Source: Treponemataceae bacterium (GTDB lineage: Bacteria > Spirochaetota > Spirochaetia > Treponematales > Rectinemataceae). From it: DNA of 64,000 nt. Where the stretch lies: positions 96,001 through 160,000 of the forward strand of contig CAXXGJ010000002.1 in assembly GCA_963677895.2 (NCBI GenBank), in the 5' to 3' direction. The notes under the pieces were generated by a model, which had not been told where the DNA came from, made no database searches, and saw nothing but the letters and a program-made list of their open reading frames with translations. Shown in pieces: positions 10,528 to 19,850 of this stretch. Every line of letters begins with the position of its first letter. Position 1 is the first letter of the stretch. The position numbers and the translations under genes were made by a program.

Positions 10528-11625
10528 ATGAAGCGGTTCGGAACGATCATTCTGAGTATTTTCATGCTTTTCGCGCTCTGCACGGGCACTTTCGCCCAAT
10601 CCAAGGAACTCATAGCCGCCGCCCAGAAGGAAGGGCAGCTCACGGTCATCGCTCTTCCCCACGACTGGGTCAACTACGGGGAGATGATCGAAACCTTCTC
10701 TAAAAAATACAATATCAGGATCAACGAAATCAATCCCGACGGCTCGTCCGGCGAGGAAATCGAGTCCATCAAGGCCAACAAAGGCAATACCGGACCCCAG
10801 GCGCCCGACGTCATCGACGTAGGCCTCTCCTTTGGTCCCCAGGCCAAGGCCGACAAGCTCATCGTTCCCTACAAGGTTTCCACCTGGGATTCCATACCCG
10901 CCGATGTCAAGGATAAAGACGGCTACTGGTATGGCGACTATTACGGAGCCCTCGCCTTCGAAGTCAACAGCGACATCGTGAAGAATATCCCGAAGGACTG
11001 GTCCGACCTCCTGAAACCCGAGTACAAGGGCAAAGTCGCGCTCGCCGGAGATCCCCGCACCGCCAATCAGGCAGTCATGACCGTCGTGGCCGCGTCACTC
11101 GCCATGGGAGCCAAGACCCCAGCCGATGTCAACCCCGGCCTGCAGTTCTTCGACAAGCTCAACAAGGCAGGGAACTTCGTGCCCATCATCGCCGTTCCCG
11201 GCACGGTCGCCTCGGGCGAAACCCCCATCACCATTCGCTGGGACTACAACGCCCTCTCCAACCGCGACAAGAGCGCCGGCAATCCCGAAATCGCCGTCGT
11301 CATCCCCGCCAAAGGCGTCATAGCCGGCGTCTACATCCAGGCCATCAGCGCCTACGCGCCGCATCCCAACGCCGCGAAGCTCTGGATGGAATTCCTCTAT
11401 TCCGACGAGGGCCAGCTCATATGGCTCAAAGGTTACGGACATCCGGTGCGCTTCAACGACATGGCCAAGCGGAAAGTGATACCCGCCGACCTCGCCGCGA
11501 AGCTTCCCCCGGCCGAAGCCTACGCGAACATCGTATTCCCCTCGCTGGCGGATCAGGATACGGCCAAAACCGCCATCGCCGCCAACTGGGATAAAGTCGT
11601 CAGCGTCGAAGTGATGAAGAAGTAG
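10528..11625 (+). CDS. ABC transporter substrate-binding protein (PotD/iron/thiamine-like family)
   Basis: Signal peptide, AAAQKEGQL, PKDWSDLLKPEYKGKV, APHPNAAKLWMEFL; SD aggag. Confidence 0.88.
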   Translation: MKRFGTIILSIFMLFALCTGTFAQSKELIAAAQKEGQLTVIALPHDWVNYGEMIETFSKKYNIRINEINPDGSSGEEIESIKANKGNTGPQAPDVIDVGLSFGPQAKADKLIVPYKVSTWDSIPADVKDKDGYWYGDYYGALAFEVNSDIVKNIPKDWSDLLKPEYKGKVALAGDPRTANQAVMTVVAASLAMGAKTPADVNPGLQFFDKLNKAGNFVPIIAVPGTVASGETPITIRWDYNALSNRDKSAGNPEIAVVIPAKGVIAGVYIQAISAYAPHPNAAKLWMEFLYSDEGQLIWLKGYGHPVRFNDMAKRKVIPADLAAKLPPAEAYANIVFPSLADQDTAKTAIAANWDKVVSVEVMKK

Positions 11626-11631
11626 CGTCCT

Positions 11632-12531
11632 ATGCCCATATCCGCATCAGGGCGAAGGGGGGCGCGCTCCGCGCGCCCCCTTTTCTCGCGTAAAAACCTG
11701 GCCTGGCTGGGGCTCGCGCCATTTTTCCTCTTCGTGCTTGCCTTCATGATACTTCCGGCGGGCAACATCCTCATCGGAAGCTTCCAGGACAGGGAAGGGG
11801 CCTTCACCCTCGCCAATTTCGCCAATCTCCTGCGTCCCAACATCGTCAAGTCCTATCTCGTCACGATACGCCTGAGCGCCGTGACGGCCCTCATAGGGAG
11901 CCTTTTCGGCTTCCTCGTGGCCTACGCCATCATCCTGGGGGGCTTGCCCAAGCCTATCCGTTCCTTCGTCAGCACTTTTTCCGGCGTGGCTTCGAACTTC
12001 GCCGGCGTGCCGCTGGCCTTCGCCTTCATCGCCACGCTGGGCCGCGTCGGCCTCGTCACCACCCTGCTCAAGACATTCCTCGGCATCGACCTCTATGATA
12101 AAGGCTTCAGCCTCTACAGCTTCTGGGGTCTCGCCTTCACCTACATATACTTCCAGATTCCGCTGATGATCCTCATCATCAGCCCGGCCATCGACGGCAT
12201 GAAAAAGGAGTGGCGCGAAGCCTCCGAGAACCTCGGCGCCACGCCTCTCCAGTACTGGCTTCACGTCGGCATCCCCGTCCTCGCGCCCTCCCTTCTGGCG
12301 GCCTTCATCCTTCTTTTCGGCAACGCCTTCGGCGCCTACGCCACCGCCTACTCGCTCACGGGGGGCCTGATAAACCTGGTGCCCATCCTCATCGGCGCCC
12401 AGATACGCGGCGATGTCCTCCACGATCCAAATCTGGGCTATGCCCTCGCCTTCGGCATGGTGATAATCATGGGACTGAGCATCAGCGTCTATTCCTGGGT
12501 GCAGAAAATAGCGTCGAGGTGGATGAAATGA
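11632..12531 (+). CDS. ABC transporter permease
   Basis: Multiple TM segments, EAA loop EWREASENLGA. Confidence 0.88.
   Translation: MPISASGRRGARSARPLFSRKNLAWLGLAPFFLFVLAFMILPAGNILIGSFQDREGAFTLANFANLLRPNIVKSYLVTIRLSAVTALIGSLFGFLVAYAIILGGLPKPIRSFVSTFSGVASNFAGVPLAFAFIATLGRVGLVTTLLKTFLGIDLYDKGFSLYSFWGLAFTYIYFQIPLMILIISPAIDGMKKEWREASENLGATPLQYWLHVGIPVLAPSLLAAFILLFGNAFGAYATAYSLTGGLINLVPILIGAQIRGDVLHDPNLGYALAFGMVIIMGLSISVYSWVQKIASRWMK
11655..11684 (+). terminator. GC hairpin + U tract just after the SBP gene (intra-operon attenuator/stabiliser)
   Basis: aaggggggcgcgc-tcc-gcgcgccccctttt. Confidence 0.5.
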
Positions 12532-13379
12532 AGAACCGTAAAAGCAAGGCGCTGTCCTGGCTCGTGCTCGCCGCCGGCCTGCTCTACTTCCTCCTGCCGC
12601 TCCTGGCCACCTTTCTGTTTTCCCTCAGAGGCAAAAAAGGCGTCATGAGTTTTGTCGCCTACGAGCATGTCTTCGCCGATCCACAGTTCCTGAAGACTTT
12701 TGTCTTTTCGTTCAAGATGTCCATTTTCACCGTCGTCACCGGCCTTGTCCTCATCATCCCCACGACGATCTGGATACATCTCAAGGTGCCGAAGGCCAAG
12801 CCTCTCATCGAAGTTTTCGCCCTCATGCCCTTCGTCATTCCGCCCATCATCCTCGCCTTCGGGCTCATCAGGAGCTACTCTAGGCCACCCTTGGCCCTCG
12901 TCACCTCTCCCGCCCTCCTCGTCGCCGGCTATGTCATCATCGCCTTCCCCTACATCTACCGTTCGATAGACGCGGGCTTGAGGGCCATGGACCTGAAGGC
13001 CCTCACCGAAGCCGGCATGAGCCTCGGCGCCGGCTGGTTCAGCCTCCTTTTCCGGGTGGTGCTGCCCAATCTGCGCACATCCATCCTCGCCGCCATCTTC
13101 CTCACCTTCGCGACGGTCATCGGCGAACTCACGCTCGCCGTCCTCCTCGCGTGGCCCGCCTTCGGACCCTATATGGCTCTCGTCGGCAGGGATCTGGCCT
13201 ACGAACCGGCCGCCCTCGCCATACTCAGCTTTGCCCTCACCTGGGGATCGATCGGCATAATACAGGCTTTGAGCCGCGGCAAGATCCGTCCCAGCGCGAT
13301 GCCCGCGCCCGGCTGGGCGGCGATGGCTGAAGACACGAAACCCGCGGAAAAAAGGAGCGCGACGAATGGCCTTTCTTGA
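12528..13379 (+). CDS. ABC transporter permease
   Basis: ATG overlapping previous stop; PFVIPPII, EAA loop LTEAGMSLGAG. Confidence 0.88.
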   Translation: MKNRKSKALSWLVLAAGLLYFLLPLLATFLFSLRGKKGVMSFVAYEHVFADPQFLKTFVFSFKMSIFTVVTGLVLIIPTTIWIHLKVPKAKPLIEVFALMPFVIPPIILAFGLIRSYSRPPLALVTSPALLVAGYVIIAFPYIYRSIDAGLRAMDLKALTEAGMSLGAGWFSLLFRVVLPNLRTSILAAIFLTFATVIGELTLAVLLAWPAFGPYMALVGRDLAYEPAALAILSFALTWGSIGIIQALSRGKIRPSAMPAPGWAAMAEDTKPAEKRSATNGLS

Positions 13380-14445
13380 ACTGCATGACGTCGTCAAGGT
13401 ATTCGGGAAGAATACCGTCGTTCGAAACCTGTCGTTGGATGTCGAAAAAGGCGAATTCGTCTCATTCCTCGGGAGTTCGGGCTGCGGCAAGACGACGACG
13501 CTCCGGATGATCGCGGGCTTCGAAACCCTCACCGAGGGCTCCATCATCCTGGATGGCGTGAACGTGGAACGCACGCCCCCGAACAGGCGGAACCTCGGCA
13601 TGGTGTTCCAGAGCTACGCCCTCTTTCCCAACATGAACGTGCGCCACAATATCGGCTTCGCGCTGAAAATCGCCGGCCTTCCCCGGCCAGCGATTGAAAA
13701 GCGCGTGGACGAAATGCTCGACCTCATCAAGATGGGCGAATACGCCGCCCGCTACCCGCATCAGCTCTCGGGCGGCCAGCAGCAGCGCGTCGCACTCGCC
13801 AGGGCTTTGACCCGGGAACCCGCCGCCCTCCTCCTCGACGAGCCTCTCTCCGCCCTCGACGCCAAGATACGCGTGCGTCTCCGCGACGACATACGCGACA
13901 TTCAGCGAAAACTGGGCATCACCACGGTCTATGTCACTCATGACCAAGAGGAAGCCCTCTCCATCTCCGATCGCGTCGCCGTCATGAAGGAAGGAAAAAT
14001 CGAGCAGATCGGAAGCCCTTTCGAAATCTACAACAAGCCCGCGACGCCCTATGTGGCGGCCTTCATTGGCACGCTCAACCGGCTGCCCGTCCTCGTCATC
14101 GATCCCTCGGCGGGAATCGTCGATGTCGAAGGACAGCGAATCGCGACCGCCTCGCCCATCCAGACGGCAGCGGGTACCGTCCTCCAGCTGCGCTTGAGAC
14201 CCGAAGCCCTCTCCCTTGGCCCCGGCGACGGATCCTCCAACCGCTTGAAGGGAAACGTGGAAAACGTGAAATTCCTGGGCTCGATCGTGCGGCTTGTCCT
14301 GCGCGTCGGCGCCCATCAGCTGTCGATAGACAGCTTCAACGAGCCCCGCCTCGTGCTGCCCGACTTGGGCGAGGAAATCGCCGTTTCGTTCGACAGGGAA
14401 GCCTGCGTCCTGGCCGAGCCGGAGGCGCAGCCGACGAGGTCCTGA
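13366..14445 (+). CDS. ABC transporter ATP-binding protein (PotA/FbpC-like, TOBE domain)
   Basis: GSSGCGKTT, FQSYALFP, LSGGQQQRVALAR, DEPLSALD, VTHDQEEA. Confidence 0.93.
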   Translation: MAFLELHDVVKVFGKNTVVRNLSLDVEKGEFVSFLGSSGCGKTTTLRMIAGFETLTEGSIILDGVNVERTPPNRRNLGMVFQSYALFPNMNVRHNIGFALKIAGLPRPAIEKRVDEMLDLIKMGEYAARYPHQLSGGQQQRVALARALTREPAALLLDEPLSALDAKIRVRLRDDIRDIQRKLGITTVYVTHDQEEALSISDRVAVMKEGKIEQIGSPFEIYNKPATPYVAAFIGTLNRLPVLVIDPSAGIVDVEGQRIATASPIQTAAGTVLQLRLRPEALSLGPGDGSSNRLKGNVENVKFLGSIVRLVLRVGAHQLSIDSFNEPRLVLPDLGEEIAVSFDREACVLAEPEAQPTRS

Positions 14446-14511
14446 CAAACCCTGACAAATCCTGGCCCGGCGGGCTCCGAACCGCCGGCTGGCTCTTGCG
14501 GGAGGGGAATC

Positions 14512-14784
14512 ATGAAAGCCATCCATGCCGTCGTCGAGGGCGAAGTCCAGGGCGTCGGATTCCGCTATTCGGCCATGAGGGAAGCGAAAGCGCTCGGCCT
14601 CACGGGCTGGGTGCGCAACGCCGAGGATGGATCGGTGGAGGTTTGGGCTGAAGGCGAAGAGAGCTCCCTCGATGAATTCTCCCGATGGCTGGAACATGGG
14701 CCGGATTACGCGCGCGTCGAGAAACTGCGCGTCACCAGGGTAAAGGCTTTAGGCATCTACGCTTCTTTCTTGACGATTCCGTAA
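14512..14784 (+). CDS. acyP: Acylphosphatase
   Basis: [28 protein letters not shown]. Confidence 0.92.
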   Translation: MKAIHAVVEGEVQGVGFRYSAMREAKALGLTGWVRNAEDGSVEVWAEGEESSLDEFSRWLEHGPDYARVEKLRVTRVKALGIYASFLTIP

Positions 14785-14829
14785 CCTCCACTGACGCTGT
14801 TTTCCTACGCAGACGGTATTTTCCTATCT

Positions 14830-14874
14830 TATGTGCGCTGTCGCACAGACTCGATCCCCGCCTCGGATTATCCT
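14830..14874 (+). promoter_or_regulatory. Island regulon site 1: CRP/FNR-like box + -10
   Basis: tatgtgcgctgtcgcacagac (14830-14850), 18 nt, TATCCT (14869-14874). Confidence 0.75.
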
Positions 14875-14911
14875 TCATTCAGTCCAGTGAATAACGGGGC
14901 AAGGGGGCTGT

Positions 14912-15130
14912 ATGAAAAATAATTTTAAAAGAGAGGAAGCGTCATCCATGCGGTACGGGAACGGCGGGAGCCAGATGGAAGATCCGGCGAGACTGTCTCC
15001 GTCCATGAGCAGCATGGCGCTGCTCTCGCGGGGCGGCAATCGCGAAATGAAGGATTCTTGTATCACGCCAAAAGTAATAGAGCTCGGCGATGTCGCCGAC
15101 AGGTCCTGCTTCAACGGGCAAGACCTGTAA
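14912..15130 (+). CDS. Small hypothetical peptide with RiPP-leader-like motif (ITPKVIELGDVADRS)
   Basis: SD aaggggg 5 nt upstream; first ORF after regulon promoter 1; start uncertain. Confidence 0.45.
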   Translation: MKNNFKREEASSMRYGNGGSQMEDPARLSPSMSSMALLSRGGNREMKDSCITPKVIELGDVADRSCFNGQDL

Positions 15131-15187
15131 AAGACATGCAGGTTTTGCCTGCCGAAATTTTCCATCATCCAAACCACGGAGGTTTCC

Positions 15188-15715
15188 ATGAAACGTATCA
15201 TTCCCTTATTGATGTTGCTGGCTCTACTGCCGGTCGGCGTCTTCGCCCTTGATTTCTATGCTGGCGCCAACGCCTATTATGCCAGCCTGATCCAGCCGGC
15301 CGACATTCAGGCTATCGACACCGCCAACCTCAACATGGCTGACTTCTCTTTCGGCGGAGAGGCGCGCATTGTCGGTCACCTTCTTTGGGCCAGCGCCATC
15401 GGAACCTACACTCCAGCCGACGCCAACATGCCGCATCGTCTCGATGTAATGCTGGACGGCGGTGTCGGCCTCAGGCTGGGCATCGTGCGCGCCGGTATCG
15501 GAATCGGACCCAATTACGGGATCGAAATGGGCGACAACGCGGGGAACTACTTCAAGACGGGCGCCAATATGCGCCTCACCGGCGATGTCCTGCTGGGACC
15601 TTTCTCGGTCGGATTGAGCTGGATCAGCAAGATCGAATTCACCCGCGCATCGTTTGTCGAGGCTTTCGAAAACCCTTATGGCCAGCTTGGCCTGGCGGTT
15701 CTCTACAAACTGTAG
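15188..15715 (+). CDS. Exported protein, probable small outer-membrane beta-barrel
   Basis: SD ggagg, signal peptide ending VFA, alternating Gly/hydrophobic strands, C-terminal LGLAVLYKL. Confidence 0.6.
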   Translation: MKRIIPLLMLLALLPVGVFALDFYAGANAYYASLIQPADIQAIDTANLNMADFSFGGEARIVGHLLWASAIGTYTPADANMPHRLDVMLDGGVGLRLGIVRAGIGIGPNYGIEMGDNAGNYFKTGANMRLTGDVLLGPFSVGLSWISKIEFTRASFVEAFENPYGQLGLAVLYKL

Positions 15716-15758
15716 GCGCGGCCGCTCCCGCCGAAGAGTATTCGGCAAGAAGATAAAG

Positions 15759-15790
15759 AAAGGGCACCGGAAAATTTCCGGTGCCCTTTT
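15759..15790. terminator. Bidirectional intrinsic terminator
   Basis: aaagggcaccggaa-aat-ttccggtgcccttt between convergent genes. Confidence 0.8.
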
Positions 15791-15825
15791 CGTACCCAGG
15801 CGGTACTGTTTTTCCTATCGTTTTA

Positions 15826-16905
15826 TCACATCGTCGGTTCAGTCACCGCATCGGCATCCAGGGTCACCGCGGTCTGCGCGAGCAGCCTGCCGTTCACCAT
15901 GGCGCCGGTGTTGACTTCCACCAAGGTTTTGCAAAGGATGATTCCCTTGAAGTCCGAGGTCGTGCCGAGCGTGGTCTGTCCGGCCACCTGCCAGAAAATA
16001 TTCTTGGGCTGCGCGCCGCCGCTCAGGGTGACGATGGTTCCGTTGCCCACCGTGAGGTCCTGCGCTATCTGGAATATCCAGACATCGTTGGCGCCGCCGT
16101 TGAGCGTGACGCTGTTGTTAATCAGAACTCCCGTTCCCCATACGTACAGGCCGGGAACGATGGTCTGTCCGCTGAGATCGCCCGCGTGCAATTCCGTGGC
16201 GTCGGGCAACGTGCGTCCCGCGGCGTCGGTGTAGGCGATTTCCATGTCGCCGATGGCCGTCGTCATGTTGGATGGCGTAGGCGGCGTATAGTCAGCCGCG
16301 TAGATGCTGCCGGTGACGTAGGATGATGTCGAGAATACGTTCGAAGCGTCCATGATGAGGTCAAATCCGGTGATGTAGGTAGCGGCGGCAGGACTCACGC
16401 CGATGTCGCCGGTGATCGCCGTCGTTCCCGTCGTCGATACTCCGGTTTTAGCCAGGATGACAAAGTTGCCCGCGGTGCCGAGATTTACGGGCGACGGACC
16501 GGAAGCCAGGTTGACCCCGGTTGTAAAGCTCCATGCGTACTCAGCTTCAAGAGCATTTCCCGCAACGTCCGTGGCCGCGATCGTTATCTTCGCCGTATAG
16601 ACAACGCTGGATGTAAGTTCTGTCGTCGGTTCCAGCGTGGCGACGAGATCGACATAGGAGACGGAAGCGGGAACGGGCGTCGCGCCCTGGCTCAACGTAA
16701 AGGAAAGCGCCGTGATCGTCGAGGAGTCCATCGCTTCGCTGAAGGTCGCGGTGACGCTCCTGTTCCTGGCGACATCGGTCGCCGAGGCGGCCGGCGTCGT
16801 CAGATCGACGGTGGGAGGAATGACGTCGTCATTGTTGACGGGACTTTTGCATCCCGCGATGACAAGAACCATCAGTAAAATAGGCATAAACCACATCTTT
16901 CTCAT
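15826..16905 (-). CDS. Ice-binding-like lipoprotein 1 (Ig-like Big_5 + DUF3494)
   Basis: Lipobox IAGC; TATFSEAMD...YAWSFTT Ig-like; VNLGTAGNFVILAKTG, VWIFQI, KNIFWQVAG, NGRLLAQTAVTLD; SD aaggagg. Confidence 0.92.
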   Translation of the reverse strand: MRKMWFMPILLMVLVIAGCKSPVNNDDVIPPTVDLTTPAASATDVARNRSVTATFSEAMDSSTITALSFTLSQGATPVPASVSYVDLVATLEPTTELTSSVVYTAKITIAATDVAGNALEAEYAWSFTTGVNLASGPSPVNLGTAGNFVILAKTGVSTTGTTAITGDIGVSPAAATYITGFDLIMDASNVFSTSSYVTGSIYAADYTPPTPSNMTTAIGDMEIAYTDAAGRTLPDATELHAGDLSGQTIVPGLYVWGTGVLINNSVTLNGGANDVWIFQIAQDLTVGNGTIVTLSGGAQPKNIFWQVAGQTTLGTTSDFKGIILCKTLVEVNTGAMVNGRLLAQTAVTLDADAVTEPTM

Positions 16906-16940
16906 AAAAAGCACCTCCTTAATCAGTGCATAAAATTCTG

Positions 16941-16987
16941 AAAATAGGGCGCGAAGTCCGCCATGGTCGTGACGGACGCCGCACCCC
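16941..16987 (-). terminator. Imperfect hairpin + short U run between IBP2 and IBP1
   Basis: Minus strand gggtgcggcgtccgtca-cgacca-tggcggacttcgcgccc-tatttt. Confidence 0.45.
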
Positions 16988-17004
16988 GCATTCCGATGCT
17001 CAAA

Positions 17005-18084
17005 TTACAGTGCTGGTTCCACGATGGTATTGGCATCCATCGTGACCGCGGTCTGCGTAAGCAGTCTGCCGTTCACGGTTGCTCCCGCAGCCAGGGTTAT
17101 CGCGCCCGCCGACATGACTACGCCTTCCATATGGGAAGTCGCGGCGAGGGCGACGGCGCCGCCCACCTGCCAGAAAATGTTCTTGGGAAGCGCTCCGCCG
17201 GTCAGGAGGACCTGAGCCGTCGCGGCTTCGGTGAGCCCGCTGGCGATCTGGAATATCCAGACATCGTCGGCGCCGCCGTTGAGGGTGACGTTGGTCGTGA
17301 TCGACACTCCGGTTCCCCATTTATAGAGGCCGGGCGCGAGGGTCATGCCGCCGATTTCTCCGGCTCCCAGCTCCGAGGAATTGGGATCGAGCCGGCCGGC
17401 CGCGTCATCAAAGGCAGCCTGCATCGCAAGCACCGCCGCGGTCAGGTTCGTAGGCGTAGGCTCCGCGTAGTTCGCCGCATAGACATTCCCCGTCACCAAG
17501 GTCGAAGTGGCGAAGGTGTTCGACACATCCATCGTCAAGCCGAATCCAGTCATGGCCGCCGCATCGATGGGGCTCACGGCGATGTCGCCGGTGATCGAGG
17601 TCACTCCGGTGGTCGTTATTCCCGTCTTGGACAGGATCGCGTAATTCCCGGAGGTTCCGAGATTCACCGCCGCGGGACCGGCGGGAGGATTGGCCGTGGT
17701 CGTGAAGGTCCATACCTTATCGGCCGCAAGCGCATTGCCAGCCGCATCGGTGGCGCCTGTCGTGATCGTGGCCGTATAGACAGCGCTGGCCGCGAGATCG
17801 TTGGTGGGGTTAAAGGTCGCCACCTTGTCGGCATAGCTGACCACGCCGTCGATCGCGGTGACGCCCTGCATCAGGGTGAAGTTCGCCGCCACGATGGTCG
17901 CAACATCCATGTCTTCGCTGAAGGTGGCGGTGACATTGCTGTTCCGCTCTACCGCGACCGCGGCGTCAGCCGGAACTGTGGAATTGACAGTAGGAGCCGT
18001 GAGGTCCTCTTCAACCACGGGATTGCTGCAGCCGCTCAGTGAAAGGGCTACCATAAGCAGTCCCAGAAACAACATCTTCTTCAT
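17005..18084 (-). CDS. Ice-binding-like lipoprotein 2 (Big_5 + DUF3494)
   Basis: Lipobox LSGC; TATFSEDMD, KVWTFTT; LAPGLYKW, VWIFQI, KNIFWQV, NGRLLTQTAVTMD. Confidence 0.92.
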   Translation of the reverse strand: MKKMLFLGLLMVALSLSGCSNPVVEEDLTAPTVNSTVPADAAVAVERNSNVTATFSEDMDVATIVAANFTLMQGVTAIDGVVSYADKVATFNPTNDLAASAVYTATITTGATDAAGNALAADKVWTFTTTANPPAGPAAVNLGTSGNYAILSKTGITTTGVTSITGDIAVSPIDAAAMTGFGLTMDVSNTFATSTLVTGNVYAANYAEPTPTNLTAAVLAMQAAFDDAAGRLDPNSSELGAGEIGGMTLAPGLYKWGTGVSITTNVTLNGGADDVWIFQIASGLTEAATAQVLLTGGALPKNIFWQVGGAVALAATSHMEGVVMSAGAITLAAGATVNGRLLTQTAVTMDANTIVEPAL

Positions 18085-18147
18085 AATCGATATCTCCTTG
18101 TTCTTCATTCTCTTGTTCATGTTCAAAAATCCTCCTTCTTATCTGCA

Positions 18148-18192
18148 AGAATACGTATGGAATCCGAATTGGTCTGTTCGGTAGCACACACA
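18148..18192 (-). promoter_or_regulatory. Island regulon site 2 (drives IBP2-IBP1)
   Basis: Minus strand tgtgtgtgctaccgaacagac (18192-18172), 18 nt, TATTCT (18153-18148). Confidence 0.72.
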
Positions 18193-18205
18193 GTCCGGCG
18201 CCGTC

Positions 18206-18251
18206 TGTGTGTGCTGGCGCACAGACGAGGTTGCTCCGCGAGAATCATATT
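18206..18251 (+). promoter_or_regulatory. Island regulon site 3 (drives IBP3)
   Basis: tgtgtgtgctggcgcacagac (18206-18226), 19 nt, CATATT (18246-18251). Confidence 0.7.
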
Positions 18252-18316
18252 TATGGGCAGATGGGGAGGATCGCTTCTATATGAATCATATGTCCAAGAG
18301 AAAAAGGAGAAAAACA

Positions 18317-19714
18317 ATGAAGAAGATTTTAGTCTCGATGCTCGTGCTGGTCGCGTTTTTCGCGGTCAGCTGCAAAAGTCCGGTGGCTGAGGACGTTGTC
18401 GCGCCCACGGTTGATCTGACGAGTCCAGCCGATCTCGCCACCAATATAGCGATAACGGCGGACGTGACGGCGACCTTCAGCGAAGCGATGGATTCCGCGA
18501 CCGTCGTCGCGGCGAACTTTACGGTAAGCCAGGGAGCGACGCCAGTCGCGGGCACGGTGAGCTTTGCCGATGATGTCGCCACCTTCAATCCGACCAGCGA
18601 TTTCGCGGCGGGAACCGAGTACACGGCAACGGTCTCGACCGGTGTCATGGATCTGGCAGGCAACGCGCTGGCCTCCGCCAAAGTATGGACCTTTACGACA
18701 GCGGCGTTGGTCGACATCATCGCTCCCGTAGTGAGTTCGATCAGTCCCGCGGCCCTTGCCGTCGATGTGGCCACAACATCGAATGTCACCGCTACCTTCA
18801 GCGAAGCCATGACTTCCGGAACGATCATCGCCGCGAACTTCACGTTGACGCAGGCGGCTACGCCCATTCCCGGCGCGGTCAGCTATCTGGGCAACGTCGC
18901 CACGTTCAATCCTGACAGCAATCTAGCCTTCAACACGATCTACACCGCAACCGTGAAGACGGACGTCACCGACCTGGTAGGCAACCATCTCGCGGTCAAC
19001 AAGGTATGGACCTTCACGACCGTAGCCGCCCCAGCGGCGGGCCCCGCGGCCGTAGACCTTGGAACGGCGGGCAATTACGTAATCCTGGCGAAAACCGCCA
19101 TCAGCACCGTTCCAACCTCAGCGGTAACGGGCAATATTGGGCTGAGCCCGGCCGCCGCGAGCTTCATCACGGGATTCTCACTCGTAGCGGACGCCACGAA
19201 TGTGTTCGCGACAGCGAGTCAGCTTACCGGAAGGGCTTATGCCGCCGATTATGCTTCTCCCACCCCCACGAACCTGACCACCGCCGTGAGCAATATGGAA
19301 GCGGCGTATACCGATGCCGCGGGGCGACCGACGCCGGACTTCCTGAATCATGGAGCCGGAGAGATAGGCGGCTTGACCCTCGCGCCCGGACTCTATAAGT
19401 GGACCACGAATCTCTTGATCACCACCAACGTCACGCTGAACGGCGGCGCCAACGATGTCTGGATCTTCCAGATATCGGGCGGCATCACCCAGGCTTCCGG
19501 CGCGAGCGTCAATCTGACCGGCGGCGCTTTAGCCAAGAATATCTTCTGGCAAGCGTCGGATGATGTCGCGCTTGGCACGACCGCCCATATGGAAGGCATC
19601 GTGCTTTGCGCCACGGCCATCCACCTCGGCACCGGCGCTTCCGCCAATGGCAGGCTGCTGGCCCAGACCGCCGTCACGATAGACGGCAGCGCGGTAGTCG
19701 AACCCGTACTGTAG
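18317..19714 (+). CDS. Ice-binding-like lipoprotein 3 (two Big_5 + DUF3494)
   Basis: Lipobox AVSC; two TATFSEAM...KVWTFTT repeats; DUF3494 motifs VDLGTAGNYVILAKT, VWIFQI, KNIFWQ. Confidence 0.92.
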   Translation: MKKILVSMLVLVAFFAVSCKSPVAEDVVAPTVDLTSPADLATNIAITADVTATFSEAMDSATVVAANFTVSQGATPVAGTVSFADDVATFNPTSDFAAGTEYTATVSTGVMDLAGNALASAKVWTFTTAALVDIIAPVVSSISPAALAVDVATTSNVTATFSEAMTSGTIIAANFTLTQAATPIPGAVSYLGNVATFNPDSNLAFNTIYTATVKTDVTDLVGNHLAVNKVWTFTTVAAPAAGPAAVDLGTAGNYVILAKTAISTVPTSAVTGNIGLSPAAASFITGFSLVADATNVFATASQLTGRAYAADYASPTPTNLTTAVSNMEAAYTDAAGRPTPDFLNHGAGEIGGLTLAPGLYKWTTNLLITTNVTLNGGANDVWIFQISGGITQASGASVNLTGGALAKNIFWQASDDVALGTTAHMEGIVLCATAIHLGTGASANGRLLAQTAVTIDGSAVVEPVL

Positions 19715-19752
19715 ACGAATCGATAGATCCGCCCGCAATGCGAGGCTAATGT

Positions 19753-19800
19753 AAAAAAGAAGGGGCTGCCCGGGAAGAACTTCCCGGGCAGCCCCTTCAA
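19753..19800. terminator. Bidirectional intrinsic terminator
   Basis: gaaggggctgcccgggaag-aa-cttcccgggcagccccttc preceded by an A run, between convergent IBP3 and catalase. Confidence 0.85.
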
Positions 19801-19850
19801 TTATTTCTACTGATCAACCTGCCGCATCGACCCGATGATCGGATTCTTGC

